Origin: a virus
Reading direction: 5' to 3' (one strand)
Length of the DNA stretch: 64,000 nucleotides
Virus record (IMG/VR): IMGVR_UViG_3300032050_000037
Span: 32,001-96,000 of that record
Part shown: in pieces, positions 11,019 through 20,923 of the stretch
How the letters are laid out: each line of letters begins with the position of its first letter
How positions within the stretch are numbered: the first letter of the stretch is position 1
Notes under the pieces: generated by a model
The model's database searches: none
What the model was told of the DNA's origin: nothing
What the model saw: only the letters and a program-made list of their open reading frames with translations
Program-made: the position numbers and the translations under genes

Positions 11019-11828
11019 ATGGTAAATTCAAATAAAAGAAAAGACTTAAAGGACTTAAATAGAGGCCAAGTAATAGTCCTTTCAGAAGATAGTGTAGATA
11101 GGATTATTGCCTATCCAACTGAATATTTAACCATAAAAGGCGGGTCAATTGATTATTCTAAATATCTAGCATCTAGTTTATATTCAGGAGAATCAGACGG
11201 AGAAAATTATGTAAATGAAGATGGAGAAAGACCTGTTGATGGAGGAGATCTAGAGGAGATATACCTAGATATACCAGAGCTAACAGATATTGAAAGTATT
11301 ACATATGAGCCATATTTTGACGCAGCAACTAAATCACAAAAAATTAGAGCTATATTAAAAATAAGAAACTCTAGCAAGAATCCATCAAATATTGACGGTG
11401 TAGATGCTAGAATATTTAATCCAAGTGTTATAGTTACAGCAATAACACCACAATCAACAAATAAATCAGTTGCGTTTACAGCGCCTACACCAGGAACACC
11501 TTCAGTTTATTTCAAACGAAATGGAACATCAATAGCTTGGGGTTGGAACAATGTTTCTGGACTTGGATCATTTTCAGAAGTAAGATATGATTGGATTATA
11601 AGTTCTTCAAGCTCTCCCACTGCTCCTGCACTCGAAAGCGGATCAGAAACATATTCAACTACTAGTTCTTATAATATAGGAAATAGTGGAGTTATGAAAA
11701 CATATAGAGTAAGTTCAAGGGATGGAGATGTTGATGCAACTTCATCATTTAGATGGCTTAGAGTACAAGCAGTAGTTACAGGAACAAATGGAATAGAATA
11801 TTCTTCATCATATTCTACACCAATTTAA
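11019..11828 (+). CDS. Minor tail protein with C-terminal FN3/Ig-like region
   Basis: Tail module context; Ser/Thr-rich beta composition. Confidence 0.5.
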   Translation: MVNSNKRKDLKDLNRGQVIVLSEDSVDRIIAYPTEYLTIKGGSIDYSKYLASSLYSGESDGENYVNEDGERPVDGGDLEEIYLDIPELTDIESITYEPYFDAATKSQKIRAILKIRNSSKNPSNIDGVDARIFNPSVIVTAITPQSTNKSVAFTAPTPGTPSVYFKRNGTSIAWGWNNVSGLGSFSEVRYDWIISSSSSPTAPALESGSETYSTTSSYNIGNSGVMKTYRVSSRDGDVDATSSFRWLRVQAVVTGTNGIEYSSSYSTPI

Positions 11829-11836
11829 GGAGAATA

Positions 11837-12904
11837 ATGATTACAAAATTTGGAAAAAGATTTTTAACTAATCTAATTGCAGGAAATACAAAAAGTTTAA
11901 ATAAAGATATTGCAATAGGTATAGATCTTACAGAAGCAACAGAAAACGATACTAGACTTGGATTTGAATTTTATAGAGTACCTGCTTTATTTGGATCAAC
12001 AGAAATTCAAACAGTTGATAATGTATCGACATATTCTGTAATATTTAAAGCATCTATTCCTCAAGATGTTGAAGGGGAAATAAATGAAATAGGATTGTAT
12101 CCATCTGATAGATCTTCAATTAATAATTTTGATAGTAAATTTTTAACAGATTTTTCTAACTATTTAGACTGGACAGATGAAGACTTATTCAAAGCAGATT
12201 TTTCTACCAATAATCCTAAAATAGGAAATAATATAATAGTTATGCAGTCAGATGGACCAGCCTCAAATGAATATTTCTATAATATAGAAAATTTAGATTT
12301 ATCTGGATATAGCGTAAACGATACTTTAAGATTAGCATATAGAAAAATAGACGATAATCTAGAATCTATAATAATTAAATTTTATAGCTCAAGCACTGAA
12401 TATTTTGAATATGAAATTACACCACCTGCTGGAACTGGAGATCAAATTACAGAGGATATCTCCATGTCATTAATATATGCAGGAGCAACTAATCCAGCAC
12501 CAGATAAATCATTAATAAATAAAATTGGTATTACAATTACTCCATCTGGAACTGACACTACCTATGTTGGTTTTGACGGATTAAGAATTAATGATGAAGA
12601 TACCTTTGATCCATTTTTTGGATTAATCAGTAGATCTGTAGTTATAAATACTACAACAATATCTGGATCTTCTGGAGAAAATACAATAGAGGTTGACTCT
12701 ATAAATAACCTATTTATAGGACAAAAGGTATCAGGAACTGGAATTGCAACTGGTGCAACCATTACAAATATTGAAGATAATACCATAACCTTATCAAGCA
12801 ACAATACAGCAGCAGTTTCTGGTAATGGGTCTTTTTATGGAATTAAAAAAGTTGCTGGCAGATCTTTAGATATAGAATATAAATTGGATTTAGACTGGAA
12901 CTAA
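11837..12904 (+). CDS. Minor tail / baseplate protein
   Basis: MITKFGKRFL...ENDTRLGFEFYRVP...EIGLY resembles fibre-collar/baseplate N-termini; SD AAGGAG. Confidence 0.55.
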   Translation: MITKFGKRFLTNLIAGNTKSLNKDIAIGIDLTEATENDTRLGFEFYRVPALFGSTEIQTVDNVSTYSVIFKASIPQDVEGEINEIGLYPSDRSSINNFDSKFLTDFSNYLDWTDEDLFKADFSTNNPKIGNNIIVMQSDGPASNEYFYNIENLDLSGYSVNDTLRLAYRKIDDNLESIIIKFYSSSTEYFEYEITPPAGTGDQITEDISMSLIYAGATNPAPDKSLINKIGITITPSGTDTTYVGFDGLRINDEDTFDPFFGLISRSVVINTTTISGSSGENTIEVDSINNLFIGQKVSGTGIATGATITNIEDNTITLSSNNTAAVSGNGSFYGIKKVAGRSLDIEYKLDLDWN

Positions 12905-12905
12905 T

Positions 12906-14906
12906 ATGACAACATATCAGGATCTATTAAAAGATACATCAGTAGCTATCGAAAATGGTAACTATTTTGTTGTAACTATTACAGATCTTGAATTAAATAA
13001 AAATTATCCAATTCAATTTAGATGGAAATATAAAGATGGAACATTTGGTCTTTGGTCTGCATCAAAAACATTAACTACCCCAGGAGAAACATTACCAGGA
13101 ACACCAGATCTTCCAGTAGGAAGCGTTTCTGCAGAACCAGGTTTAATAAAAATAACATGGAATGGTAATGACGCAGCAGGAAGAGCAATAACAAATATAG
13201 ATAGAGTTGATATTTATATTGATGGTTCTCCATTTGATGGCGAAAAAGCGGCAGGAAGTTTTAAAACAGCTGGAACTCAAACAATAGCCGCACCTGCAGG
13301 ACAATATGCCGTTGCGTTATATGCTATATCAAGTTACGGTGCTAAGTCTGCTGTAAGTTTACCAAGATCAGTAATTGTTCCAGCTATAACAGAAACAATT
13401 CTTTCCCCAGAAGATCCAGATATTCCAATAGTAACCGCTGGATTAGCTTCTGTAATTGTTGAATGGAATGGAAAAAGATTAGATGAAAACGGAGATCCAG
13501 TAGATTTTACTAAAGGAAGTTTTGCTGGTGCAAAAGTATTTATAGGTACTACAGCAGGATTTACTCCAAGCAATGATAACTGGGTGCATACATTAAATTT
13601 TGCAAATGGATCAAATAAAGTTTCAATAGGTGTTGGAACTATTATTGATAAATCTTTAGGTACAACATTAGATTATAATACTCCATATTATGTAAAAATA
13701 GACACAGTAAATGCTAGTGGTACTGCAAACGGACAACCAGTAGCAGCAGATGGAAACCCTATTACGGTTTCTAAATTACCAGCAAGCGAAATTAGTACTG
13801 GAATAATAACTGCAGATGCATCAATTACTGCAGGTGTTTCAGGCGGACAAAGAGTAGTTATATCAGGCAGTTCATCTCCATTTATTATTTATGGAACAGA
13901 TGGAACAACAAAACTATTAGAATATTTGGCAAGCGGAACAGCTGGAACACTTGCTATAAAAGGATCAGGAACATTTACTGGAAGTTTAGAAATAGGTTCT
14001 AGCAATGACATATTTAAAGCGGTACCAGCAACAGGAATTTGGCTAGGACATGCTGATTTTGCAAGTGCTCCATTTAGTGTTTCAAAAAGTGGATACTTAA
14101 CATCAACCTATGGAGAAATTGGTGGTTGGAATTTAGGAAGTTCATATTTACAAAACTCAACAGGAACATTAAAAATTAATAGCGGAAGCGATCCAAATAT
14201 ATTTTTAGGAAGTAGTTCTGGATATCATTTTAGATTAACCCCTTCATCAATATCACATTATAATGGTGGATCTCCTACTGGAAAATTTACATTAACAGCA
14301 AGCCCTGGAAATGATAGCTCACACCTTAGCATGTCTGGAAATATTACTGCGTCTACGATAACAGGATCATCTTTTGTTGTAGAAGAATCATATAATAAAT
14401 GGAATTCTGAAAAGTTTACTGTAGGAGATGCTAATACAAGAATAGAATCATTATCTAGTAGTAATGTAATTACTTTATACTCTGGTGTAGTTCCACTAGA
14501 ATTTTCATCAACTGAAATAGATACAGAATCTGGAGATACTGGAAGTTCTGGATCTACGTACACTCCATTGTCCAGAATAGAGTTAACTCCAGACGGAGTT
14601 GAAATTCAAAATATACCTGGGGTTGGAAATGGATTAACAGCTTTAGGAAGCCTTGAATATAATAATAGCGGAGCACCTAATACTGCTATAACACAATATA
14701 TTAGTGGTGGATATCCAAGTACTGGTACAAATGGCCCAACATATAATTATGGAAAGGCTGCAAGATATAGAGTAATTATTGCAGATCCATATGATGATAA
14801 TAAATTAAAACGTGGACTTGGAGTTTATTATGGAGTTCGTAGCGGAACCAATAACCCACCATCAGCAAGCACAGGCTTTGTCGGAGACCTTTGGATAAGT
14901 TGGTAA
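12906..14906 (+). CDS. Tail fibre / minor tail protein with FN3-like repeats
   Basis: Gly/Ser/Thr-rich; APFSVS..G and GEIGGW fibre-type motifs; ends GFVGDLWISW. Confidence 0.65.
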   Translation: MTTYQDLLKDTSVAIENGNYFVVTITDLELNKNYPIQFRWKYKDGTFGLWSASKTLTTPGETLPGTPDLPVGSVSAEPGLIKITWNGNDAAGRAITNIDRVDIYIDGSPFDGEKAAGSFKTAGTQTIAAPAGQYAVALYAISSYGAKSAVSLPRSVIVPAITETILSPEDPDIPIVTAGLASVIVEWNGKRLDENGDPVDFTKGSFAGAKVFIGTTAGFTPSNDNWVHTLNFANGSNKVSIGVGTIIDKSLGTTLDYNTPYYVKIDTVNASGTANGQPVAADGNPITVSKLPASEISTGIITADASITAGVSGGQRVVISGSSSPFIIYGTDGTTKLLEYLASGTAGTLAIKGSGTFTGSLEIGSSNDIFKAVPATGIWLGHADFASAPFSVSKSGYLTSTYGEIGGWNLGSSYLQNSTGTLKINSGSDPNIFLGSSSGYHFRLTPSSISHYNGGSPTGKFTLTASPGNDSSHLSMSGNITASTITGSSFVVEESYNKWNSEKFTVGDANTRIESLSSSNVITLYSGVVPLEFSSTEIDTESGDTGSSGSTYTPLSRIELTPDGVEIQNIPGVGNGLTALGSLEYNNSGAPNTAITQYISGGYPSTGTNGPTYNYGKAARYRVIIADPYDDNKLKRGLGVYYGVRSGTNNPPSASTGFVGDLWISW

Positions 14907-14909
14907 TTA

Positions 14910-17360
14910 ATGACAGCAAAAACATATTTAAAGGTTACTCCAAGTACATGGAAAGCTGTAAAATATATATATGTTAAAGTAACACAAAGTACCTGGAAAA
15001 AAGTAAAAAATATATATGTAAAAATATCTCCAACTGAGTGGACAAAAACATTTGGAACAGTTGACTCACCAACACAATTAACTAGACCTACATTATCAGG
15101 AACGGGTAGAGTTGGAACAAGCATTACCAAATCACCAGGAACATATAGCAATTATGATTCAATTGTAAATAAAATATTTTATACCACAGATGAAACTTTG
15201 CCAGGAGATGGATATAGCGAAGAGGTAATTTATGGAAATACTAAATCAACATCTTCATATACAATAGACCAAACAGATGCTACTCCACCACCAAACATTT
15301 TTTATTCAAGAGATGAAGTTACTGGAACAGATGGTATAACTAAATATTATTATTACAGTGATCCACTGACTGCTACCATGCAAGGTATAGAAGATAACTT
15401 TAACAATAGAACAACTACAAGCGGATTAGGTATTGCAAGCGGAGGATTTATTTATAGCTCCTATGCTAGAAATACAAGTTCATGGAGTGTAAGTGGTGGA
15501 AAAGCAATAAACAATAGTAATGGAAGTGGTTATCCCCTACAAAGTGTTGATTTAAATTCTTCTAATCAAAATACATCAATAGATACATCAGGTGGTGGAC
15601 TAGGACTTGCTGTATGGGTTGCATCTGCAAATTCTTGGTGGGCAGTAGTACCAGAGTACTCTTATGAAATTGAACCAGGACTTGCATACAATTGTACTAG
15701 TAATAAAACTGGAACAGAAGAAGAATGTAATGCCGTTTCATATGTTTCAGCTAATATTGAAGGATCTGCATATACAATTTCTGATGTAGGCAAAAGATGT
15801 ACAGCATGTACAACAACATCTAGCTTATATAATTATTCATGTACTAATGATGTAAGAGTATTAAATGCAGGAGATCCGTGTCCAGAATATGAAAATTGGA
15901 GCTCTGCAATGCCTGGCGGAGAAAATACAGTTTGTTCAGGATCCTGTACAGAATCTTATGAATATGTATGTACATCTGATTGGGCATTGAATCAGCCAGA
16001 TTGTAGCGGATTATTAATAAGGCCAGATCCAACAGGACCAAATCAACTTTGTGCATGTGAAAGTTATAGTGAAGTAGTAGCAATATGTCCATCATATTAT
16101 AATAATAGTGGTCCTTGCAATGATTCTAATTATGGCGGATCAGCAATAGGTGATCAATGTAGTTATTGCAATGTTTCAACTTCATATGCCTATAGCTATA
16201 GAGATTCTTATTTAACTACAACTTATCCATGTAATTCACCAGCATCATGTAACGGACAAGGTTGTTGTGAAGGAATTTCATATAGACCAGATCCAACTGG
16301 TAGCGGTCAAAGATGTAGCACTTGTAATGAAACTTCTACAAGTTCTTCTACATATTCTTATTTTGTAAGATCAAGCACTGGAAGCACTACATATCCATGT
16401 AATGGATCTACTATTACTGGATCAGCTACTTGCCCAACGTATAGACCAGATCCAACTGGTGCTGGACAAAACTGTAGTGGTTGTACATCATCTACAACTA
16501 CAACATATGGTTCATGTAAAACTCCAGGCGCTAATGACCCATCTGGATGCGTTAGAGCACCTGCTGGATATACAGCATGTGCCGTAGGATTTGTTAGATG
16601 TCCATCTACAACTACAACATATTCGTATACAGTTAGCACTTCATCAACAACTTATTCATGTAACGTACAAGTCTCTGGTTCTGGTTCTTGTCCATCGCCA
16701 TTACCAGCAACAGGATCTGGACCAGGACAAAGATGTACATCATGTTCAACTTCTACTACCACTACATATACTTCTACATATACTTTATCTAGTTCAAGTT
16801 CAAGTTATTTATGTTCAAATTATATAACTGGACAATCAAATTGTCCAGGAGAAGGATCTGGACCAGGACAAAGATGCGGAGCATGTACAGCAACAACTAC
16901 AAGTTTATATAAAACAAGAATTGCTGAAACTCAAACAAGATGGAAAACTAAAACAAGTACAACATTAACATATAATAATTATAAAACTAGACAATATTTA
17001 GGAGCAGTAATTTATAAATCTTGGAAAGAGGTAGAAGAAGTACAATCTGATGCATATACATATAATTCAAATTTAAGTATATATTCATATTCTTCTGGAA
17101 CATTAACATTACAAAATTCAATCGTTGTTAGTTCTTATGCTGCACAAGCAGGATCTGAATACAGCGAACTATTGTATCCAACAATTACAAAGGTAGCTGC
17201 AGTTACTACTGGAAATACAATAAATGCTTTAGGATATGTAGGCACATATTTTGATACTACATCTGCCACAAATACTGGCACTAAAGGAACATCTGTAGGA
17301 CTAGTTAGCCTTCCAGCAGTTGAAAAAATAGGTAATCAATTAGACAATTTCTCAGCATAA
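14910..17360 (+). CDS. Cys-rich tail fibre / receptor-binding protein candidate
   Basis: N-terminal triple Y.KV...TWK repeat; central region with 38 Cys in nine modules; end of the tail module. Confidence 0.6.
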   Translation: MTAKTYLKVTPSTWKAVKYIYVKVTQSTWKKVKNIYVKISPTEWTKTFGTVDSPTQLTRPTLSGTGRVGTSITKSPGTYSNYDSIVNKIFYTTDETLPGDGYSEEVIYGNTKSTSSYTIDQTDATPPPNIFYSRDEVTGTDGITKYYYYSDPLTATMQGIEDNFNNRTTTSGLGIASGGFIYSSYARNTSSWSVSGGKAINNSNGSGYPLQSVDLNSSNQNTSIDTSGGGLGLAVWVASANSWWAVVPEYSYEIEPGLAYNCTSNKTGTEEECNAVSYVSANIEGSAYTISDVGKRCTACTTTSSLYNYSCTNDVRVLNAGDPCPEYENWSSAMPGGENTVCSGSCTESYEYVCTSDWALNQPDCSGLLIRPDPTGPNQLCACESYSEVVAICPSYYNNSGPCNDSNYGGSAIGDQCSYCNVSTSYAYSYRDSYLTTTYPCNSPASCNGQGCCEGISYRPDPTGSGQRCSTCNETSTSSSTYSYFVRSSTGSTTYPCNGSTITGSATCPTYRPDPTGAGQNCSGCTSSTTTTYGSCKTPGANDPSGCVRAPAGYTACAVGFVRCPSTTTTYSYTVSTSSTTYSCNVQVSGSGSCPSPLPATGSGPGQRCTSCSTSTTTTYTSTYTLSSSSSSYLCSNYITGQSNCPGEGSGPGQRCGACTATTTSLYKTRIAETQTRWKTKTSTTLTYNNYKTRQYLGAVIYKSWKEVEEVQSDAYTYNSNLSIYSYSSGTLTLQNSIVVSSYAAQAGSEYSELLYPTITKVAAVTTGNTINALGYVGTYFDTTSATNTGTKGTSVGLVSLPAVEKIGNQLDNFSA

Positions 17361-17412
17361 TTGCTGTAGACAAAAATAAATATATTATGTATAATATATA
17401 AAAAGGAGAAAA

Positions 17413-17661
17413 ATGGCAGAAGAAATACTAGAGCCTGGTCAAAGACCAGAACTACCACCAGTAAAAATAGCATTTGTTATTGATGGAGAAGTTGTAGATA
17501 TTTTACACACAGATGAAAGATTAGGTGCAATATTTACAAGTAATCCAATTATAAAAAATGTAACTGGAAATTTATATACAGATGAAGGCGGTATAGTTTC
17601 AGTAGGAGCACTGTACGATGCAGAAACTGATACCTTTAGCCCTAAACCAATAGAGGAATAA
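17413..17661 (+). CDS. Small tail-fibre-associated protein
   Basis: Strong SD AAGGAG; follows the fibre gene. Confidence 0.45.
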   Translation: MAEEILEPGQRPELPPVKIAFVIDGEVVDILHTDERLGAIFTSNPIIKNVTGNLYTDEGGIVSVGALYDAETDTFSPKPIEE

Positions 17662-17662
17662 T

Positions 17663-17938
17663 ATGTCAGAAAAAACACCTTTTCAAATTTGGAAAGAAAA
17701 AAATGCTGGTGACAAAGTTCGCCCTTGGGACTTATTAAATCCAAAAATTGGAAGAGTAGATGAAGAAACATTTAAATATAGATATGAAAATCATTGTTTA
17801 AATTGTCCATCATTAATTAAAGCATCAAAAACTTGTAAAAAATGTGGATGTTTTATGACAGAAAAAGCTAAATTGCCACACGCTAGTTGTCCTTTGGGTA
17901 AATGGGGAGCAATAACTGAAACAAAGGATGTTATTTAA
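17663..17938 (+). CDS. Small Cys-rich protein (DUF6171-like)
   Basis: CLNC...CKKCGCFM..KAKL..ASCPLGKW pattern. Confidence 0.55.
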   Translation: MSEKTPFQIWKEKNAGDKVRPWDLLNPKIGRVDEETFKYRYENHCLNCPSLIKASKTCKKCGCFMTEKAKLPHASCPLGKWGAITETKDVI

Positions 17939-18162
17939 TGGAGCTATCAGTACCAGAAAAAAATGCTATTATAAATGAACATTTAAAAAGTGTAGTAAAT
18001 AATATTTATAATATAAATATGTTAATAATTCAAGAGTCTGCTATCACACCAATTAATCAAGAAGTAGTAGATGCATTAAATATACAATTAGAAAATGCTT
18101 TTTTAAAGAAAGAAGCGCTACAAGCAGAACTAGAGAAAGTAAATAATGAGTCAGGAGAATAA
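17938..18162 (+). CDS. Hypothetical coiled-coil protein
   Basis: TAATG-coupled ORF, 74 aa. Confidence 0.5.
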   Translation: MELSVPEKNAIINEHLKSVVNNIYNINMLIIQESAITPINQEVVDALNIQLENAFLKKEALQAELEKVNNESGE

Positions 18163-18334
18163 GGCAAATTTAGTAATAACAGCCCTACAACAGCGTATTG
18201 GAGAAATGGTATCTAATTATGAAACTCAAATTGCAATTTTACGGGCAGAGATTACTCAACTTATGGAAGAAAAAAATGCTAAATTACAGGCTAAAGAAGA
18301 ATACTCAGAGCATCTTAGTAACCTCACCAACTAA
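18146..18334 (+). CDS. Hypothetical coiled-coil protein
   Basis: 62 aa with heptad pattern; overlapping operon arrangement. Confidence 0.5.
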   Translation: MSQENKANLVITALQQRIGEMVSNYETQIAILRAEITQLMEEKNAKLQAKEEYSEHLSNLTN

Positions 18335-18680
18335 TTTTCCATCTGGAATTGCTGTTAAAACATCTAAAGATGTTTATTGGATAAAAGATAATAAACGATA
18401 TAGGCTTATATCTAAAAGAGCAGCGGAGTCATGGGCATTTAATACCGTAAATGCAACAGAAGAAGCATTAAGTTTAACTAAATTGGCTGGCAAGCTTGGA
18501 TTTAGAGATGGAACTTTGATAAAAAACATAGCAGATGGTAAAATGTATTTAATATCTCAAAATAAAAAGAGGCATATAGTAGACCCAGATTCATTTATTA
18601 AATATGGAATAGATAGATCAAAGGTTATAGAGGTAAGCGAATCAGAAGCAAATTCGCATGAATTAGGAGAAAATTTATAA
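18198..18680 (+). CDS. Hypothetical protein with two internal repeats
   Basis: YWIKDNKRYRLI / YLISQNKKRHIV repeats; true start uncertain. Confidence 0.5.
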   Translation: MEKWYLIMKLKLQFYGQRLLNLWKKKMLNYRLKKNTQSILVTSPTNFPSGIAVKTSKDVYWIKDNKRYRLISKRAAESWAFNTVNATEEALSLTKLAGKLGFRDGTLIKNIADGKMYLISQNKKRHIVDPDSFIKYGIDRSKVIEVSESEANSHELGENL

Positions 18681-19108
18681 TGACCGAAAAATGGAAAGCA
18701 GTAACATTTAATGAGGGTGCTCCATTTGACCCAAATGATTTAAATCAATTACAATCTAATCTAACAGATGTATTTACAACATCTAAGTCTTTATTAAATG
18801 CTACAAGAGATTCTAGTGGTCAAAATAGAGTTGCAATTGTTGATCAAGGTTTTGTAACAATAACATTGAAAGGCACCACCCCAGTAAATCAAACAGTAAC
18901 ATTTACATCATCATTTGTTGCTGGAACAGATACTGGATTTGTAGCGTCTGTAGGACAAGCATTAACAGCAGCATTAGGAATAGTCTCAGTGTCAGCAGTT
19001 AAAAATTCTACAGGTACAGGCGGAACTATTTATGTTGCTACTAGCAATGCTAAAGCAACTGGAGATATAAAAATTAATTGGATGGCAGCCCAACTTAAAA
19101 CAATATAA
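18680..19108 (+). CDS. Virion protein with beta-sandwich (gp53/H-type-lectin-like) C-terminus
   Basis: Ends INWMAA, typical of fibre-tip domains; last gene of the structural block. Confidence 0.4.
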   Translation: MTEKWKAVTFNEGAPFDPNDLNQLQSNLTDVFTTSKSLLNATRDSSGQNRVAIVDQGFVTITLKGTTPVNQTVTFTSSFVAGTDTGFVASVGQALTAALGIVSVSAVKNSTGTGGTIYVATSNAKATGDIKINWMAAQLKTI

Positions 19109-19111
19109 TGC

Positions 19112-19139
19112 TTGACAGGATATAACAATATGTTAAAAT
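19112..19139 (+). promoter_or_regulatory. SigA-type promoter TTGACA-16-TAAAAT
   Basis: Near-consensus hexamers in the gap before the replication module. Confidence 0.6.
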
Positions 19140-19153
19140 ATAGCATATTGCAC

Positions 19154-19178
19154 AAAGTCACGAAACCGTGACTTTTTT
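19154..19178 (+). terminator. Intrinsic terminator
   Basis: AAAGTCACG-AAAC-CGTGAC followed by TTTTTT. Confidence 0.7.
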
Positions 19179-19194
19179 AATTTAAGGATAATAG

Positions 19195-20001
19195 ATGTCT
19201 AATGATCTAAAATGGATGTTGTCATCAGATCAACAGTTCCCGTATCAAGATGATAAAGCCATTAAGCTTTGGTTTGAGGTAATGAAATGGTTCAAGCCAG
19301 ATGTTGTAGATATTTTAGGAGATACAGACGACCAAGCCTGTTATAGTAAATATACAGAAGGCAGATCAGCAGAGTTTCTTAAGATGTATAAAGATGAAAA
19401 TGGCGCAGCCATTATTCCATTAATGCAACATGAAGCAAAAGGTGCTCGTGATTTTTTTGCTCAAAATAGAAAAGTAGCTGGCAAGGATGCAGAATTATTT
19501 ACTGCTTTAGGAAATCATGATGTTAGAATTTTTAATTATATAGACGCAAAACTTCCTGATTATATTAAAACAGTAACACCAGAATCTTTATGGAATTTAG
19601 ATTCATTAGGTTATGATTATATTTATTATAATGAATTACCTAAAAAGCGTTATGGAGATATCCATGTTCATCACGGATTATCTGTAGCAGACACTGGTGC
19701 AGTGCGTAAAGATATGAATGATCTTCAGGTTTCATTAATTCGTGGACATTCACATAGAATTGCTTCACACTTTCAAACATATGAATTAAGGAATAAAGGC
19801 AAAGGTGAAACTATTCGTGGGTACGAAATTGGACATATGTGTGATGAAAAGAGTTCTGGCATGAAGTATTCTCAGCACCATGATTGGCAAAAGGGATTTG
19901 CTATTGCACATATTGAAAATGGTAAATGGCCACATGTTCAAATTATTGAAATATCACCAGACTATTCTTGCGTGGTAGATGGAAAGGTGTTCAAAGTATA
20001 A
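19195..20001 (+). CDS. Calcineurin-like metallophosphoesterase
   Basis: SD.Q, GD, GNHD, HHG and GHSH motifs. Confidence 0.8.
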   Translation: MSNDLKWMLSSDQQFPYQDDKAIKLWFEVMKWFKPDVVDILGDTDDQACYSKYTEGRSAEFLKMYKDENGAAIIPLMQHEAKGARDFFAQNRKVAGKDAELFTALGNHDVRIFNYIDAKLPDYIKTVTPESLWNLDSLGYDYIYYNELPKKRYGDIHVHHGLSVADTGAVRKDMNDLQVSLIRGHSHRIASHFQTYELRNKGKGETIRGYEIGHMCDEKSSGMKYSQHHDWQKGFAIAHIENGKWPHVQIIEISPDYSCVVDGKVFKV

Positions 20002-20002
20002 A

Positions 20003-20188
20003 ATGTGGTGTGCTAAATGTTCTGGCAGAGTATTTGTAGATAGAGTATTTTCTCAAAAACTTCATGTAGAGCTATTCTGTATTTTATGTGGCAAAAGGTG
20101 GATGATCAACAAAGAAACGAATAGATTTGGAAGATGGTTAGAAAAACAAGATCGGGAATACGCAAAAAATTTCTCTATTTCTTCTTGA
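20003..20188 (+). CDS. Zn-ribbon protein
   Basis: CAKC...CILCG; start 20003 preferred over track 19979. Confidence 0.6.
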   Translation: MWCAKCSGRVFVDRVFSQKLHVELFCILCGKRWMINKETNRFGRWLEKQDREYAKNFSISS

Positions 20189-20616
20189 ATAATAAATTAC
20201 ATAAAGTAATTAGATTATCAAAAGCAAGAGACGAGTTAATTGCTTGGTGCTATACAGATAAAAAAAGAGTGCTGTATTCATATGTAGATGTTAAAAAAAA
20301 TATGGAAAACGCATATACTATAAAACAGGTGGGATTAATAATAGGAAGACATAAAGTTACTATTGAAGAATATATACTTCAAGGTAAAATTAAAGAGCCA
20401 CAGAAGGTGTATCCAATAAGTAATCCAGATAGTAAATGGTATAAATTTATGTTTAGTGAATCAGATATACTTAAATTACATGAATATATATTAGAAGCTG
20501 GATATACTAAAGACCTTCCATCAAAAACACAATTGCAGGCTCTTCTCAAACAGAACATGATATTGTATACTAAGACCGTTGACGGTTCATTTGTACCTGT
20601 ATGGAAGGCGGAGTAA
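20134..20616 (+). CDS. MerR-like HTH DNA-binding protein
   Basis: AYTIKQVGLIIGRHKVTIEEYILQGKI...FSESDI. Confidence 0.65.
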   Translation: MVRKTRSGIRKKFLYFFLNNKLHKVIRLSKARDELIAWCYTDKKRVLYSYVDVKKNMENAYTIKQVGLIIGRHKVTIEEYILQGKIKEPQKVYPISNPDSKWYKFMFSESDILKLHEYILEAGYTKDLPSKTQLQALLKQNMILYTKTVDGSFVPVWKAE

Positions 20617-20726
20617 TGTCAAATAGAATAGTTAAATGTGATATGTGTAATAAAGAAATTGAATTGCGCTGGGGAATATTTGGACATGACACATTAAATA
20701 GACATATAAAGGCAGAGCATAAATGA
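20616..20726 (+). CDS. 36-aa C2H2-like zinc-finger microprotein (not in ORF track)
   Basis: MSNRIVKCDMCNKEIELRWGIFGHDTLNRHIKAEHK; overlaps both neighbours (TAATG, ATGA). Confidence 0.6.
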   Translation: MSNRIVKCDMCNKEIELRWGIFGHDTLNRHIKAEHK

Positions 20727-20923
20727 CCACAGTAAAAGTTGATCTATCATTTACTCGAAATCTTGGAAACTATGAAAGTATAAAAATAGGTATTGGCGTA
20801 GAGGATGAAGTACGTTCTGGAGAAAATGTCGATACAGCAACAGAACGTGTTTATAAATTTGTAGAAGATAAACTAATTCAAAAAACACAAGAAGTAGAAG
20901 AAGAGTTAAAACGTGGCAAATAA
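20723..20923 (+). CDS. Phage hypothetical protein
   Basis: TRNLGNYESIKI motif, commonly seen near phage replication genes. Confidence 0.6.
   Translation: MTTVKVDLSFTRNLGNYESIKIGIGVEDEVRSGENVDTATERVYKFVEDKLIQKTQEVEEELKRGK

Noticed and set aside
14910-17360. Diversity-generating retroelement target
   Set aside because: No reverse transcriptase and no template/variable repeat pair differing at adenines seen; repeats are short in-frame module duplications
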